A stretch of 63,891 nt of DNA, filler included, from Octopus bimaculoides (taxonomy: Eukaryota), in the NCBI RefSeq assembly GCF_001194135.2. It is 6 parts of 6 records of this genome, joined end to end, with 100 filler letters (N's around TTAATTAATTAA, not from the genome) between each part and the next. Parts side by side here need not be neighbours in the genome. Positions count along the whole stretch, not along the records: positions 5,145 to 21,931 come from NC_068994.1; positions 22,032 to 46,592 come from NC_068983.1; 4 more parts are not named here. One strand, written 5' to 3'. Positions within the stretch are counted from its first letter, which is position 1, and each line of letters opens with the position of its first letter. Shown here piece by piece: positions 11,137 to 23,945 of the stretch. The notes under the pieces are model-generated. The model had not been told where the DNA came from and did not search any database. It saw only the letters and a program-made list of their open reading frames with translations. Made by a program: the position numbers and the translations under genes.

Positions 11137-12420
11137 CAGCCTTGGCCAAAAGTATTAGGCCACCCCAATGTTTTGAGGTTCTGCTATCTCAATGTTAATG
11201 AAACTCGTGTACATGGTGGATTATGGTATATTTCACAATATACATTAGTTTTAACATCTAGTTGACCCTCCTTTAGCATCAATTACCGTTTTTATACTGT
11301 ACTGGACATATGTAACCAATTATGAGTAAGACCAACGTCCAAAATTAACTTGTTTCCTTGATTATTTCAGAGTTTTATGCTAAAATACAATGTAGATACA
11401 GTTAATAAACATTAAAATTCCTAAAACAAGGGAGTTGAGTGAGTGTGAGCGAGGTCAAATCGTAGCTCATCATGAAGATGGAATGTCTCAAAGGTAAATT
11501 GCTCAGAAGATGAAATGTTCTCGATGTGCGGTGCAAACGATTTTCAAGCACTCCAGAGAGACAGAAAATGTGAAGACAATACAAAGAACAGGCAGAAAAA
11601 AGGTTACATCACCTCGTGATGACAGATCCATCGACCGTCAGTTGCTCAGAAACAGAAGAAAAACATCGTCGGAGCTCTGTGCAAGGCAAATACTTCACAA
11701 ATATCAACCAGAACTGTTAGAAGAAGGCTTGTAGATTACGGTCTGAAAGTCTATAAAGCCAGGAAGAAGCCATGGGTTTCTGAAGCGAATATGGAAAAAC
11801 GTCTTCAGTGGGCCAAAAACCACTGAAATTGGACCAGTGAGCAATGGTCGAAAGTCATATGGTCTGATGAAAGTAACTATGAGATAAGATAGTACATGTA
11901 TTCAATCAACATATAAACTTAATGTAACTGGCCTGTTGCCCAAAATATATAATAGAAGTATCCAACATAAAGCTAATGTAATTTTTTATGTTTTTACTCA
12001 GGTTTTCGGTACACCTGGTGCAACTTTCGTGCGTCGCACAGTTGGAGAAGCATTTAAGGCTGAATATCTGGTACAAATCGTAAAACATGGGATGGTTCTA
12101 TCATGGTGTGGGCCTGCATGTTTGCCACAGGACCGGAGAAATGTTTTTATGTCAGGGAAGGATTTCAGTTACCTGTGTTTCTATGTTATCGGATGTTTTA
12201 GAGCCATCAATTGCTAAATTGTATCCAGGAGTGTCGAAAAATAGTGTTATCTTTCAACAGGACGACGCTCCATGTCATACAACAAAGAACACTCATCAAT
12301 GGTTTGAGACACAGGGCATTGTTCCCACGGACTGTTCAGCTCAAAGACCCAATCTAAATCCGATCGAACACCTATAGAGGACTCTTGATGAAGTTATCAG
12401 GAACACAACAATTAAAAATC
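11137..12420 (+). mobile_element. Tc1-family (DD34E) transposon relic with intron-containing transposase; right TIR not seen
   Basis: TA+CAGCCTTGGCCAAAAGTATTAGGCACCCC left TIR; paired-like HTH (MKCSRCAVQTIFK..TGRKKVTSPRDDR), WSKVIWSDES, FQQDDAPCH..PNLNPIEHL with 34 residues between D and E; stops and frameshifts. Confidence 0.9.
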
Positions 12421-12689
12421 AAGAGGACAATAACACAACAATAGTGCAAACGGGACAAAACAAGATACACGGATCATTCGCAGGCAATTGTCTTTTCAGT
12501 CGGAGTCCCGCTTGCCCACGTAGTTTCACCCACTTATCTCCGATACTACTCGAAACCGGTTGGGCCAGGGACTCAAGCTAAAAGCATTAAGCCTCTGGGC
12601 AAAGCAAAGGGATGTACATACACGAAAACAAATAAGTAAACAACAGAAAGGGTTTTTCGACTATAGGACGAACGTAACATATGAACTTG

Positions 12690-13060
12690 TGGCACTCCGT
12701 CGGTTACGATGACGAGGGTTCCAGTTGATTCGATCACCGGAACAGCCTGCTCGTGAAATTAACGTGCAAGTGGCTGAGCACTCCACAGACACGTGTACCC
12801 TTAACGTAGTTCTCGGGGAGATTCAGCGTGACACAGAATATGACAAGGCTGGCCCTTTGAAATACAGGTGCAACAGAAACAGGAAGAAAGAGTGAGAGAA
12901 AGTTGTGGTGAAAGAGTACAGTAGGGTTCGCCACCATCCCCTGCCGGAGCTTTAGGTGTTTTCGCTCAATAAACACTCACAAAGCTCGGTCTGGGAATCG
13001 AAACCGCGATCCTACGACTATGAGTCTGCTGCTCTAACCACTGGGTCATTGCGCCTCCAC
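12690..13060 (-). mobile_element. tRNA-derived SINE family A, near full length
   Basis: Head GTGGAGGCGCAATGACCCAGTGGTTAGAGCAGCAGACTCATAGTCGTAGGATCGCGGTTTCGATTCCC with box A and box B. Confidence 0.85.
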
Positions 13061-14119
13061 ATACGAAATAAAAGTATATACATACAATGGACAAACGCCT
13101 TTCGGCTATACAACAAAAGGAAAATAATTATACAATTACAACAAAAATAAAACAAAACAAAACAAACGGGGTCTTTCGACTATCAGACGAGTGTAGTAAG
13201 CTGGCACAAGGAAAATGGAAAAAAATCTTAACTGACCTAGCGGCAGGACAGAACAGACGCAACCGGCCTCAAAGGCGGTCGGCCGAAAATGGATGACAAT
13301 GCTTGAAGCGGACATCGATCACATGGTAGGGTAAGGGTGGAGTTGAAGAGGGGGAGAAGGACTAAGGAATAGGAGAGAGGGGTAAGAAATCAGAGGGAGG
13401 GGGAAAGAGAGATAGAAAGGTACGTGGGAGGTGAGGAAGGAAGGCAAAAGAGATTGAAGAATAAGAGGGTGGGGGAAAAAGATAGACAGAGAGGAAAAGG
13501 CAGAAAAAGAGAAACAAAGAGAAAGAGAAAGAAAGGAGAGGAAAAGAGGGTGACCGTCGTACATAATATTCAAGGGGTATCTTTTTTACGAAGTAAACAA
13601 GTTGTACGTAACGCTGCATCGATAAATCAAAGCTAGAACAGAAAATATAGAACAAACGGAAACCGCCAAATATAACATGCGGGGAAAAGGACGATAGCAC
13701 GACAACCGGCAAATATCGAAGATAAAAGGGGTTGATAAGGGTAAAATTGAGTCCAGATATGTTCGAAAAATATTAGAAATCAGTGCTGGTAGAGAAGGAG
13801 GTAGTCAAGAGGTTTAAAGAAATGTACCCGGAAAAAGTTACACACAGTAGAATATATGTACGGTTTTTACGAGAATCTGCCGAACGTCCTTACGACAGAT
13901 GAACTGATGCCGCAAATAACTAATGGGGAGTAAAAGGATCATAAACTGTATAAGAACTGAATGAAACAGAACAGTTAAATGAAGCTGCGAGCTTTGTGGG
14001 GGCTCGTAAGCCATTTCATCAATTCATTTTAAGTAATTCATTTCATTCATCATTCGTTCTATGTACCCCACGTTTTGTATTGTATTGTCTGTCCTTGTAA
14101 TCTTTTCTACTCTTGGCAC

Positions 14120-14285
14120 AAGGCCCGAAATTTTGGGGGAGGGGGCCTAGTCGATTGCATCGACCCCAGTGTTTCACTGGTACTTAATTTATCGACCCCG
14201 AAAGGATGAAAGGTAAAGTGGACCTTGGGCGGAATTTGAACTCAGAACGTAGTGCCGGGCGATTTTGCCAGCTCGTCGCCTTGTC
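14120..14285 (-). mobile_element. tRNA-derived SINE family B
   Basis: GTACTTAATTTATCGACCCCGAAAGGATGAAAGGTAAAGTGGACCTTGGGCGGAATTTGAACTCAGAACG. Confidence 0.8.
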
Positions 14286-15643
14286 TGTCCTTGTAATGTC
14301 CCCCTCTATGTAGTGGCCTTAGTGCCAATAATAAAGAGAGAAACACGACAACGGCAAACAGGGCAAAACAAGAATGGATTCCTGCCTCCCAAAGGTGAAG
14401 AATTACGTTTGTCTTCAGCTTTAGAGTCTGACAAGGCGTGCAAGGGGTTAATCCCTTTATGGATGCAAAACTATTGGTCACTCTATGACCGGACATAGAC
14501 TTAACTACATATAAGCATATGTATGTATGAGTGCATATCGGATGAATATTTTTTAATAGTTGTTTGCTTTTAGTACGGTTAGTATGGAACTAACATCGTC
14601 ACTGAACTGTATGTGTGTGTTTGCGCACGCGAATGTATGTAGTCTTTTTTTTTTTTTTTTCCAGTCATTTGACAATGGTCATACTGGAGAGGGTAACTCC
14701 TTCAAGTTTTTTCCATGATCAAATCGGCCCTAGTACTTGTTTGAAGTCTGGTAGTTGTTCTGGACTCTCATTTTGTTAACCCTTTACGTTTCCAAATCGC
14801 AACAAACCAAAATTGCTTGTTAAAAGCAAGAAACAGGATCGCTTGTGCGCACACTCCTGAACATATGTATATACATATGCACACACACACATATATATGT
14901 ACATGCATATATGGATACAGGACGTCACTAACGGTTCAAACAACATGAAATACGTAAACCATGAGAAAAATGGAAAACAGGACAAGTAAACACAGAGAAC
15001 GGGCTCTTCATCAGTTGTCGGCTGTCTATCTGCTCTTCATTTCAAGAAATTCAACGACTATGAATCTTCAAAGACAGTTGCTCCCATAAATTCTAAAATA
15101 AAATTAAAGATTTAGGGAGGGTCAAAGTTGGGAACAAAAACATTACAGTAGAGACATACAAGGAAACCGAACGAAAACAAACATGGTGGGTCATTAGACC
15201 AGAACGAGAGGAAAATAGTGAACGCTGGGAGAAACATTTTTTTGAAAAGAGAAGAGAGAGAAGAGAGAGAAAGATATGGGGAAAGCAAGAAGAAAAAAAG
15301 CGGAAATCCACATTGAATATTAAAAAATAAAGGCTTTTTTTAATGAAAAGAAGCGATAAATAAATACAATTAGATGAACTAAGGTAGAATTAGGAGGAAT
15401 TAAATTCATTATTTTGAATTGTTAAAGAGATTCAAAGTCAAACCGATGTCGTCATTGCTGGTCACTGGCTTGAATATATACTATATAATACACACACACA
15501 CACACACACATATACATATATATATATACACATTTATACATACATGCATACATACATATACCATACGTACACACACACTCATGCAGATACTCGCACGCAC
15601 ACACATACATATAGCAAATATATGTATATGTATTAAAGTATAC

Positions 15644-15692
<49 letters not shown>

Positions 15693-16212
15693 ACAAAAAA
15701 AAAATAGAACTCAAAATATGAATATATATATATATATATATNNNNNNNNNNNNNNNNNNNNNNNNNNNNNNNNNNNNNNNNNNNNNNNNNNNNNNNNNNN
15801 NNNNNNNNNNNNNNNNNNNNNNNNNNNNNNNNNNNNNNNNNNNNNNNNNNNNNNNNNNNNNNNNNNNNNNNNNNNNNNNNNNNNNNNNNNNNNNNNNNNN
15901 NNNNNNNNNNNNNNNNNNNNNNNNNNNNNNNNNNNNNNNNNNNNNNNNNNNNNNNNNNNNNNNNNNNNNNNNNNNNNNNNNNNNNNNNNNNNNNNNNNNN
16001 NNNNNNNNNNNNNNNNNNNNNNNNNNNNNNNNNNNNNNNNNNNNNNNNNNNNNNNNNNNNNNNNNNNNNNNNNNNNNNNNNNNNNNNNNNNNNNNNNNNN
16101 NNNNNNNNNNNNNNNNNNNNNNNNNNNNNNNNNNNNNNNNNNNNNNNNNNNNNNNNNNNNNNNNNNNNNNNNNNNNNNNNNNNNNNNNNNNNNNNNNNNN
16201 NNNNNNNNNNNN

Positions 16213-16249
<37 letters not shown>

Positions 16250-17234
16250 TGGATGCTTATAACTGAAACGCTATTGTATTTCATCATAAATATGCTCGAT
16301 TAGGGTCGCTCTGGCGAGGAAAGAATTACGAAAAACAAAAACAACTCTCACGTGTATTTCTCTATTCTCGTAGTTTGGCAGAATCGTTAGCGCGACGGCC
16401 AAAATACTGTTTTCCCTCGTGGCTCTGTACGTTCATGCTCAATTTTCGTTGCAGTATACATCGTTTTTTCTCCCCTGGGGTCGATTTATTCGTCTCTTCC
16501 CTTTCCTCGCAATATACCTGGCCTTGTACCTATCTTAGAAAACTAATATTTATTTTATCATACTCTGTTTCTCTGTCGCATTCTATTTATCTTATCTTTC
16601 ACTGTCTCTAATGTTGGTGACATGCCCTGTCTTCTCATTATGAAATTGCAGCCTCGTGGTTTCAGGTTCAATCTCACACAGTGGAAGCTTCAGCGACCAA
16701 AGCCTTATGTGTGAGTTTCGTGGACAGAAACTGAAAGAATCCTGTTGTATATTTATAAATGTGTACACACAAAATCACACACGCGCGCACACACAATATG
16801 CGCGCGCGCGTGTCCCTAATCAAGGCTTGACTACCTCTGTTGGTTTGTTTACGTTCGGCATAAAAGAGATCCGATAGAATACATAACCGGATTTTGATAT
16901 CCAGTGCTCCAGCGTGGTCGCATCCAATGACTGAAACAATACTTTATCTCTTTCTCTACTCTTAGAAACACACACACACACACAATGTCTTTCTCTCTTA
17001 CTATCTCTTTCGTAACTTATTCTTTCTGTCCATCACGAAACCTTTATTTTATTTTATTCTTTCATTCTATCCATGAACCGATATTTTGTCTTTCCTTCAC
17101 TCACTCTCTCTCTCTCTCTCTCTCTCTTTCTCCGTTTCCACTATCTGTCTGTTAAGGTGTCTCTCCTTCTTCTTCCCCCCACTCTCTTCCTCTTATATAT
17201 ACACACTCACATAATATATATGTTTCTGTCTATA

Positions 17235-17271
<37 letters not shown>

Positions 17272-17825
17272 CTCACACACACACTTTCTGTTTCAAACAC
17301 ACACACACATCATCTCATTTCTTTCTCTTGGTATGGTTTCCTTCTTGATATCTTCTTTCTTTCCGACATCAAACTTTTTCTCTTGTTTGTTTCTTTATCA
17401 ACCAGTTTCCTCCTCCTCCTCTTCCTCCTTCTCCTCCTCCCCCTCCTCCTCCTCCTCCTCCACCACCACCACCACCACCAGTCGATTACATTTGACCCAA
17501 GTAGTCGACAGGTACTTAATTTATCGACCCCGAAAGGATANNNNNNNNNNNNNNNNNNNNNNNNNNNNNNNNNNNNNNNNNNNNNNNNNNNNNNNNNNNN
17601 NNNNNNNNNNNNNNNNNNNNNNNNNNNNNNNNNNNNNNNNNNNNNNNNNNNNNNNNNNNNNNNNNNNNNNNNNNNNNNNNNNNNNNNNNNNNNNNNNNNN
17701 NNNNNNNNNNNNNNNNNNNNNNNNNNNNNNNNNNNNNNNNNNNNNNNNNNNNNNNNNNNNNNNNNNNNNNNNNNNNNNNNNNNNNNNNNNNNNNNNNNNN
17801 NNNNNNNNNNNNNNNNNNNNNNNNA

Positions 17826-18180
17826 GCTTGCTTACCAACCACATGGTTCCGGGTTCAGTCTCACTGCGTGGCACCTTAGGCAAGTGTCTTCTACTATAGC
17901 CTCGGGCCGACCAAAGCCTTGTGAGTGGATTTGGTAGACGGAAACTAAAAGAAGCCCGTCGTATATATGTATGTGTTTGTGTGTCTGTGTTTGTTCCCCC
18001 AACATCGCTTGACAACCGATGGTGGTGTGTTTACGTCCCCGTAACTTAGCGGTTCGGCAAAAGAGAACAATAGAATAAGTACTAGGCTTCCAAAAAATAA
18101 GTCCTTGGGTCGATTTGCTCGACTAAAAGGCGGTGCTCCAGCACGGCCGCAGTCAAATGACTGAAACAAGTAAAAGAGTA
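17826..18180 (+). mobile_element. SINE family C, head to tail
   Basis: Head/core, internal (TA/TG)n, tail CATCGCTTGACAACCGATG..GGCGGTGCTCCAGCACGGCCGCAGTCAAATGACTGAAAC. Confidence 0.85.
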
Positions 18181-18204
18181 TATATATATACATATATATA
18201 TATT

Positions 18205-18400
18205 GTCTTTCATTTGTTTCAGTCTTAGGACTGCGTCTCTGCTGTGGCACCTCCTTAAAGAATTTTAGCTGAAAAAATTGCCCCCAATACTAACTTTAAG
18301 CCCAGCACTTATTCTATCGGTCTCTTTTGCCGAACTGCTCTGTTACGGTGACGTAAATAAACCAGCACCGGTTGTCAAGCGAGCAGTGGTGGGGTACAGA
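18205..18400 (-). mobile_element. SINE family C tail, inverted next to previous copy
   Basis: TTATTCTATCGGTCTCTTTTGCCGAACTGCT..GACGTAAA..CGGTTGTCAAGCGA is the reverse complement of 17995-18080. Confidence 0.75.
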
Positions 18401-18499
18401 CACAAGCACAAACACACACACACATATGCATATGTGTGTGCGCACGTACGCATACATATATATATATATATATATACATACACACACACACACACACAT

Positions 18500-18663
18500 C
18501 ACCCACCACACTCTCGGAGTGGTTGGCGTTAGGAAGGGCATCCAGCTGTAGAAACTCTGCCAGATCAGATTGGAGCCTGGTGCAACCTTCTGGCTTGCCA
18601 GTCCTCAGTCAAATCGTCCAACCCATGCTAGCATGGAAAGCGGACGTTAAACGATGATGATGA

Positions 18664-18665
<2 letters not shown>
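18500..18665 (+). mobile_element. LINE (probably RTE) 3' UTR with (GAT)n tail
   Basis: GGAGTGGTTGGCGTTAGGAAGGGCATCCAGCTGTAGAAACTCTGCC..GGACGTTAAACGATGATGATGAT. Confidence 0.75.
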
Positions 18666-18700
<35 letters not shown>

Positions 18701-19288
18701 ATTATTCAGTTTCATTTCAAGATTTCTTGCCAATAGAAAAAGGGTCGTTTTCTAACCTAGATCCAAGGCTCTTTCACTGGAATTTCAGCATCAACAGGGT
18801 ATCGACAGGGTATCAACAGGGTAAGTATGTATGTATGTATATATGTACATGGTAGACTGTTTATGTCTACCCAATTCATTCACAAGGCATTGGTTGACCC
18901 AGAGTTATAAGTAGAAGACGCATGTCCAAAGTGAACCTGACACCAAACGGTTTGTCGAAAAGCAAGGTTCTTTCCCACGCAACTATTTATTTACAACTTG
19001 GGCAATTAAAAAAACAAACTAAACTTTCCATATTCTTTATTCATCTTATTTTTTTTAAATGAAATTGTTATAATTCCCCATTTGTATCCTGGTAAATCCA
19101 ACGCAAGGAAGTAACAATCACTCTATGGTGTCTTGTTTCCCTTAGTGCTTTAAACACGTGCTGAATGGTTAATCCGCACCTCGATGCAGTTGATATTGTT
19201 TTAACATCTGTAGGTCAGCATCAGAGACACTCCAATCTTATATATATATAGATATCTGTGTGTGTGTGTGAGTGAGTGAGTGTACTTG

Positions 19289-19319
<31 letters not shown>

Positions 19320-19320
<1 letters not shown>

Positions 19321-19535
19321 TGCCAGTGGAGCACTAACGGCACTGTCCAAGCATGATCATTGCCAGATATCATTATGGTTTTGACACCTTGGCAGCACCA
19401 TTCAATCCGGCGGTGTCAACAGCACTAAAATAAGTGTTGTTTGGGATGGTGTAGCCATCTGGTTCACCAGTCTTCAGTCAAATCGTCCAACCCATGCTAG
19501 CATGGAAGGCGGACGTTAAACGATGATGATGATGA
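19320..19535 (+). mobile_element. LINE (probably RTE) 3' UTR, diverged copy
   Basis: CAGTCAAATCGTCCAACCCATGCTAGCATGGAAGGCGGACGTTAAACGATGATGATGAT. Confidence 0.7.
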
Positions 19536-20258
19536 TATATATATATATCATATATATACCTATATATACCTACAAACAAATACACACACATAATATATTT
19601 ATGTATGTATGTATGTATGTAATTCTATGTTGAGCATTCTTGAGTAGATTTTCTATGCCGCCCAGTTTCATCTGCTTGAGTATAAAAGTGTCTGTTTTTC
19701 AATACATTTTTCTGTCGTAGGTAGTCCTATATTCAACTTCTACGACTTTTAGTCTCAAAGGGATTCTGTCATTTTACACCACCTCATGAGAAATATAGGT
19801 CTCGAAACGAAACTTTCTGTGACAGGAGATTCGCTACAAGATAGAACCAGTATTATTTCCTTTAGACCGTGCATTAGAGGTTAGCTCATTACGTCCATTC
19901 ATCTATTCTGTAAATCTGGGACACCATTCTCCAAATAATTTACAATTTTATGAATATTTGTTGAGCTTATATAAAATAAATTTAATGTAGTTAGCCTGCA
20001 GTGACCTTTGGCACGTCGCCAACCAACCATGAAACATGTCAATATAACGTTCTTATTTTCCTGTGTGCAAGAAGAATAACGATATCTCTTTACAATTGTT
20101 TAGTTCCACAGTATAATGTAGGAATTGTAAACTGTAAGCTAATTACATTTAATATATGTTATATTTTCTAATACACATTGTTTGTGCATAAAACATCGAT
20201 CAAGTACATACACACACATATGGATGAACATCTATCTATCTATCTATCTATCTATATG

Positions 20259-20299
<41 letters not shown>

Positions 20300-21229
20300 A
20301 TGTCTATCTATCTATCTATCTATCTATAAAGGTTATGAAGGGTAATGGAGTCGACCAGACCCTAAAGATACAGGTACTACCGAGTAAGTGCTGTATACCG
20401 ACTAGTTTTGCCCCAGATGTGGTTGTAACATGAATGGGGAATATAACATGGGTCGTTTATTAGCGTGTGTATATATATAAAAAGAATGAGATCAAGAGAC
20501 CAATGGCACAAGTAGAATTTATATTTTATGCAGAATATCTTACAGTTGTTTCAGGGAAAATTCAATGTATCCCTTCATTGGAGACAGTAATAGTAGAAGA
20601 ATGGATTATAGTAGGAGACACTTGCCACTGGGCTGAATGTAATCGACTAATCCTTTCCCTCGAAATTCCTGACCTTGTTCCAAAATTATTATTATTATCA
20701 TTATTATTATTATTGTTGTTGTTGTTGTTATTGCTGCTGTTGTTATTGTTGGTATTATTGTTTTGTTGTTGTTGTTGTTATTGTTATTATTATTATTGTT
20801 ATTATTATTATTATTATTATCATCATTCAGAACCTATCACATTCTAATCTAATTAGTATGTTATCTTGAAACTTGGTGACAAGTCTCTTCATATCTCAGG
20901 AAATTTTTCTTAGGATTCTTGCAGGAATACAGGATGGCACTTATTTTTTTTTTGTTTTTTTTTGTGCAGGTCGACAATGTGTTTTCTCAATTCCAACTTC
21001 CTTCATCCTCTTAGCAGTTTGGGTGTTGTGCGCCAAAATATCAAACGGTCAACTGCCACGTTAGTCTTCCCCTATCTCTTTACCTCTCTAGTGAGTCCTC
21101 TTTTCAGTTCTCGTAAATTTCTTTGGTATCCACTCTGCTCTCATATGGTGTTGCAAAGTCTATGATCTTAAAAATAATTCGTTTTTGGAACAGTGGTTCT
21201 CAAAGCGCATAAAATAGTTTTTTGAAAAA

Positions 21230-21415
21230 TTTTACTAGTTTCAGTCATTCGACTGTGGCCATGCTTGGGCATCACCTTGAAGGATTTCGTCGAACAAATT
21301 GACCTCAGTACTTTTTAAAGCCTGGTACTTATTCTATCGGTCTCTTTTTCCTGAAGCACTAAGACACAGGGTCGTTAACAAACCAACATCGGTTGTTAAG
21401 TGGCCGGAGCAAACA
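21230..21415 (-). mobile_element. SINE family C tail
   Basis: TTTCAGTCATTCGACTGTGGCCATGC..TACTTATTCTATCGGTCTCTTT..CGGTTGTTAAG. Confidence 0.7.
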
Positions 21416-21428
21416 CACACACACACAC

Positions 21429-21885
21429 AATCAAAATAAGCAACAGGATTTCAAGAAGTGATACAGTGTGACCGTTTCAAGCGGCTCTATATAATTGAAC
21501 AATGCAATCATCACATCAATTTAAATGCAGAGCTATCATCAGCTGCACAAATAAATACAATTAGATTTAGTAGTTGATAAAAAGACAAATAAATTAGAAA
21601 TGAACCACGATCCTTTACAAGCTATGACCCCATGCCTTTCTTGGAAGTGTTGTTTATTCTTAGCTACAATAGCAACAACATGGATTTCTTCCATCTTCTT
21701 GCTCTGTTAAATTATTTGAGAAAAATTATATTAATGTGTCCAACTGATTAAAATTCTATTTATTTTTGCAGCTGATGATAGCCCTGCATTTAAACTGATG
21801 TCATGATTGCATTGTTCAATTAAATGGAACTGCTTGAAACGGTCATACTGCATCACTTCTTGATATTCTGTTGCTTATTTTGATT
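21429..21885. repeat. Fold-back element with ~135-bp inverted arms
   Basis: 21429-21563 is the diverged reverse complement of 21747-21885 (AATCAAAATAAGCAACAG..GACCGTTTCAAGC..AATTGAACAATGCAATCAT..GCTATCATCAGCTGCA). Confidence 0.85.
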
Positions 21886-22031
21886 TTATTCACCTTCCTT
21901 CGAGCTGTGCAGAAAATACCGGACTGACTTGNNNNNNNNNNNNNNNNNNNNNNNNNNNNNNNNNNNNNNNNNNNNTTAATTAATTAANNNNNNNNNNNNN
22001 NNNNNNNNNNNNNNNNNNNNNNNNNNNNNNN

Positions 22032-22375
22032 ATAGAAAGCCTTGGGGTTTGTTTTTATGCTTTCTACTGCTCTCTTCTCCTTCTCTGCTCTCTCCTTTTC
22101 ATGGGAGAGTCTAATTTTGTTTTCTATTTCTAACAGTGTTAGTTTTAATTTAGCCCTTTTCCTATCCTCCAGTTCTCTATTTAACTGGTTTGAGACCTTT
22201 GTTCTGTGTCTCATAAGGATTTTCCTGTCTCTAGGAATTCTATTGGCATGTTTGCTGGTCTTTCTATATGGCACGTATTTGGTGCATATGTCTTGTATGG
22301 TTGACATAAAATGACTTAGTTTGAGGTCATTGTCTTGTATAGAAAGGCTGTCAAGCCAGTTTTGATTTCGAATCT
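22032..22375 (-). mobile_element. CR1-like LINE, linker between APE and RT
   Basis: IQDICTKYVPYRKT..RIPRDRKILMRHR..EIENKIRLSHEKER..AVESIKTNPKAFY; paralogous to the 37228-37677 peptide. Confidence 0.8.
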
Positions 22376-22389
22376 CTCTGCGAATTGAC

Positions 22390-22610
22390 TTCCAGTGTGT
22401 GTATATGTTTGTGTGTCTGTGTTTGTCCCCCCTACATCGCTTGACAACCGATGTTAGTGTGTTTACGTCGCCGTAACTTAGCAGTTCGGCAAAAGTGACC
22501 GATAGAATAAGTATTAGGCTTACAAAGAATAAGTCCTGGGGTCGATTTGCTCGACTAAAGGCGGTGCACCAGCATGGCCGCAGTCAAATGACTGAAACAA
22601 GGAAATGAGT
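22390..22610 (+). mobile_element. SINE family C tail
   Basis: CATCGCTTGACAACCGATG..GTCCTGGGGTCGATTTGCTCGACTAAAGGCGGTGCACCAGCATGGCCGCAGTCAAATGACTGAAAC. Confidence 0.85.
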
Positions 22611-23732
22611 AAATATATTTAACTCAATTCCAGGATTGTAAGGCGTATCTATTCCATTCCTTGGATGGAACGCCAATCTGGAGCAAATTTTACCACCTCA
22701 ATAGACTGGGGTGATGCGGAATGTAATATTTTGCCCGGCAACACAACGCATCGCCCAGTCCAGAAATGGAAACCGCAATCTTACGATCATGTATTTCACA
22801 CCCTAACCACTACGCCACACATACACACACACACACAGACATATATACGCTGTATGTTCATATAGGTATATATTTATCTGTATATGTATGAATGTATTAG
22901 TACGTATATATAAATGTGAATATATATATGTGTATATATATGTGTATATCTATGTCTATGTTTATATAAGTGTGTGTGTGTGTATAAGTGTGTATGTGTG
23001 CGTGCATGTATGTGTGTGTGTGTGTGTGCTAATGCATTTATGCATTCAGTTTGGTTAATACATAGAAATGCACTTTATTCTTGTTTTGTTTGTTTTCATA
23101 TTTCTTGAGTGACCCTATTCAGGAATTTTTACTTTTAGGCTTTTAAACTATAATCAATTCACATCTGATTTACTTCGCTCATTTTATTCTATTTCAGTTT
23201 AGTTTTTACATTTTAAGTACTTAGCAATAAAATTCTGTAAATTCCTTTGACTCTGAGGTACATAGTGAATTCTTTATGCCAGCAGACACCAATAAACAAA
23301 AGCATAAACAAGCACCCATACGCGTGCGTGTGTGAGTATGTATATATATATATATATGTATATATGTATATATATAAACACACACACACACACATATATA
23401 TATATACATACACACACATATATATATATCATATATACATACATACAATATATGTGTGTGTGTCTATATAGACTTATATATGTCTATATGTCTATATACG
23501 TATATATATAGATATATGTGTGTGTGCGTGTGTGTATGTATGTGTGTGTGTATTTTTCAAAATAGTGCAAAATAGACAAAAAAATTAAAAGACAGAGACT
23601 GGTGAGGGAACGACAAACATTGTGTATTAGTTTGGCGTTCAGGAGGAATGGAGATGTCTTCGACGTTTCGTGCCTACGCTCTTCTAGAGAAAAGAGTGAA
23701 GAGAGAAAACACACGTAGAGAGGGGAAAATCG

Positions 23733-23899
23733 TCTATTTGTGACATCTGGAGGAGATTTCCTATCAAGTCAACTGTTCCTTATCTTTTTATTTCTCGTGT
23801 CTGTATATCTGAGCATGCGTTTGTGTATACGCATGTGTGTTCCTCAGTATAATGTGTGTGTGTGTTGGATGTTTTGTTGTGTTGTTGTTTTGTTATTGC

Positions 23900-23938
<39 letters not shown>

Positions 23939-23945
23939 TTTTGTC
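23733..23945. repeat. Inverted duplication, partner at ~26930-27110
   Basis: GTCTATTTGTGACATCTGGAGGAGATTTCCTATCAAGTCAACTGTTCC..GTGTTCCTCAGTAT matches the reverse complement of 26995-27108 closely. Confidence 0.85.

Noticed and set aside
12985-13060. tRNA-like sequence
   Set aside because: Continuous with a SINE body and lacks a proper acceptor stem; a SINE head, not a tRNA gene.
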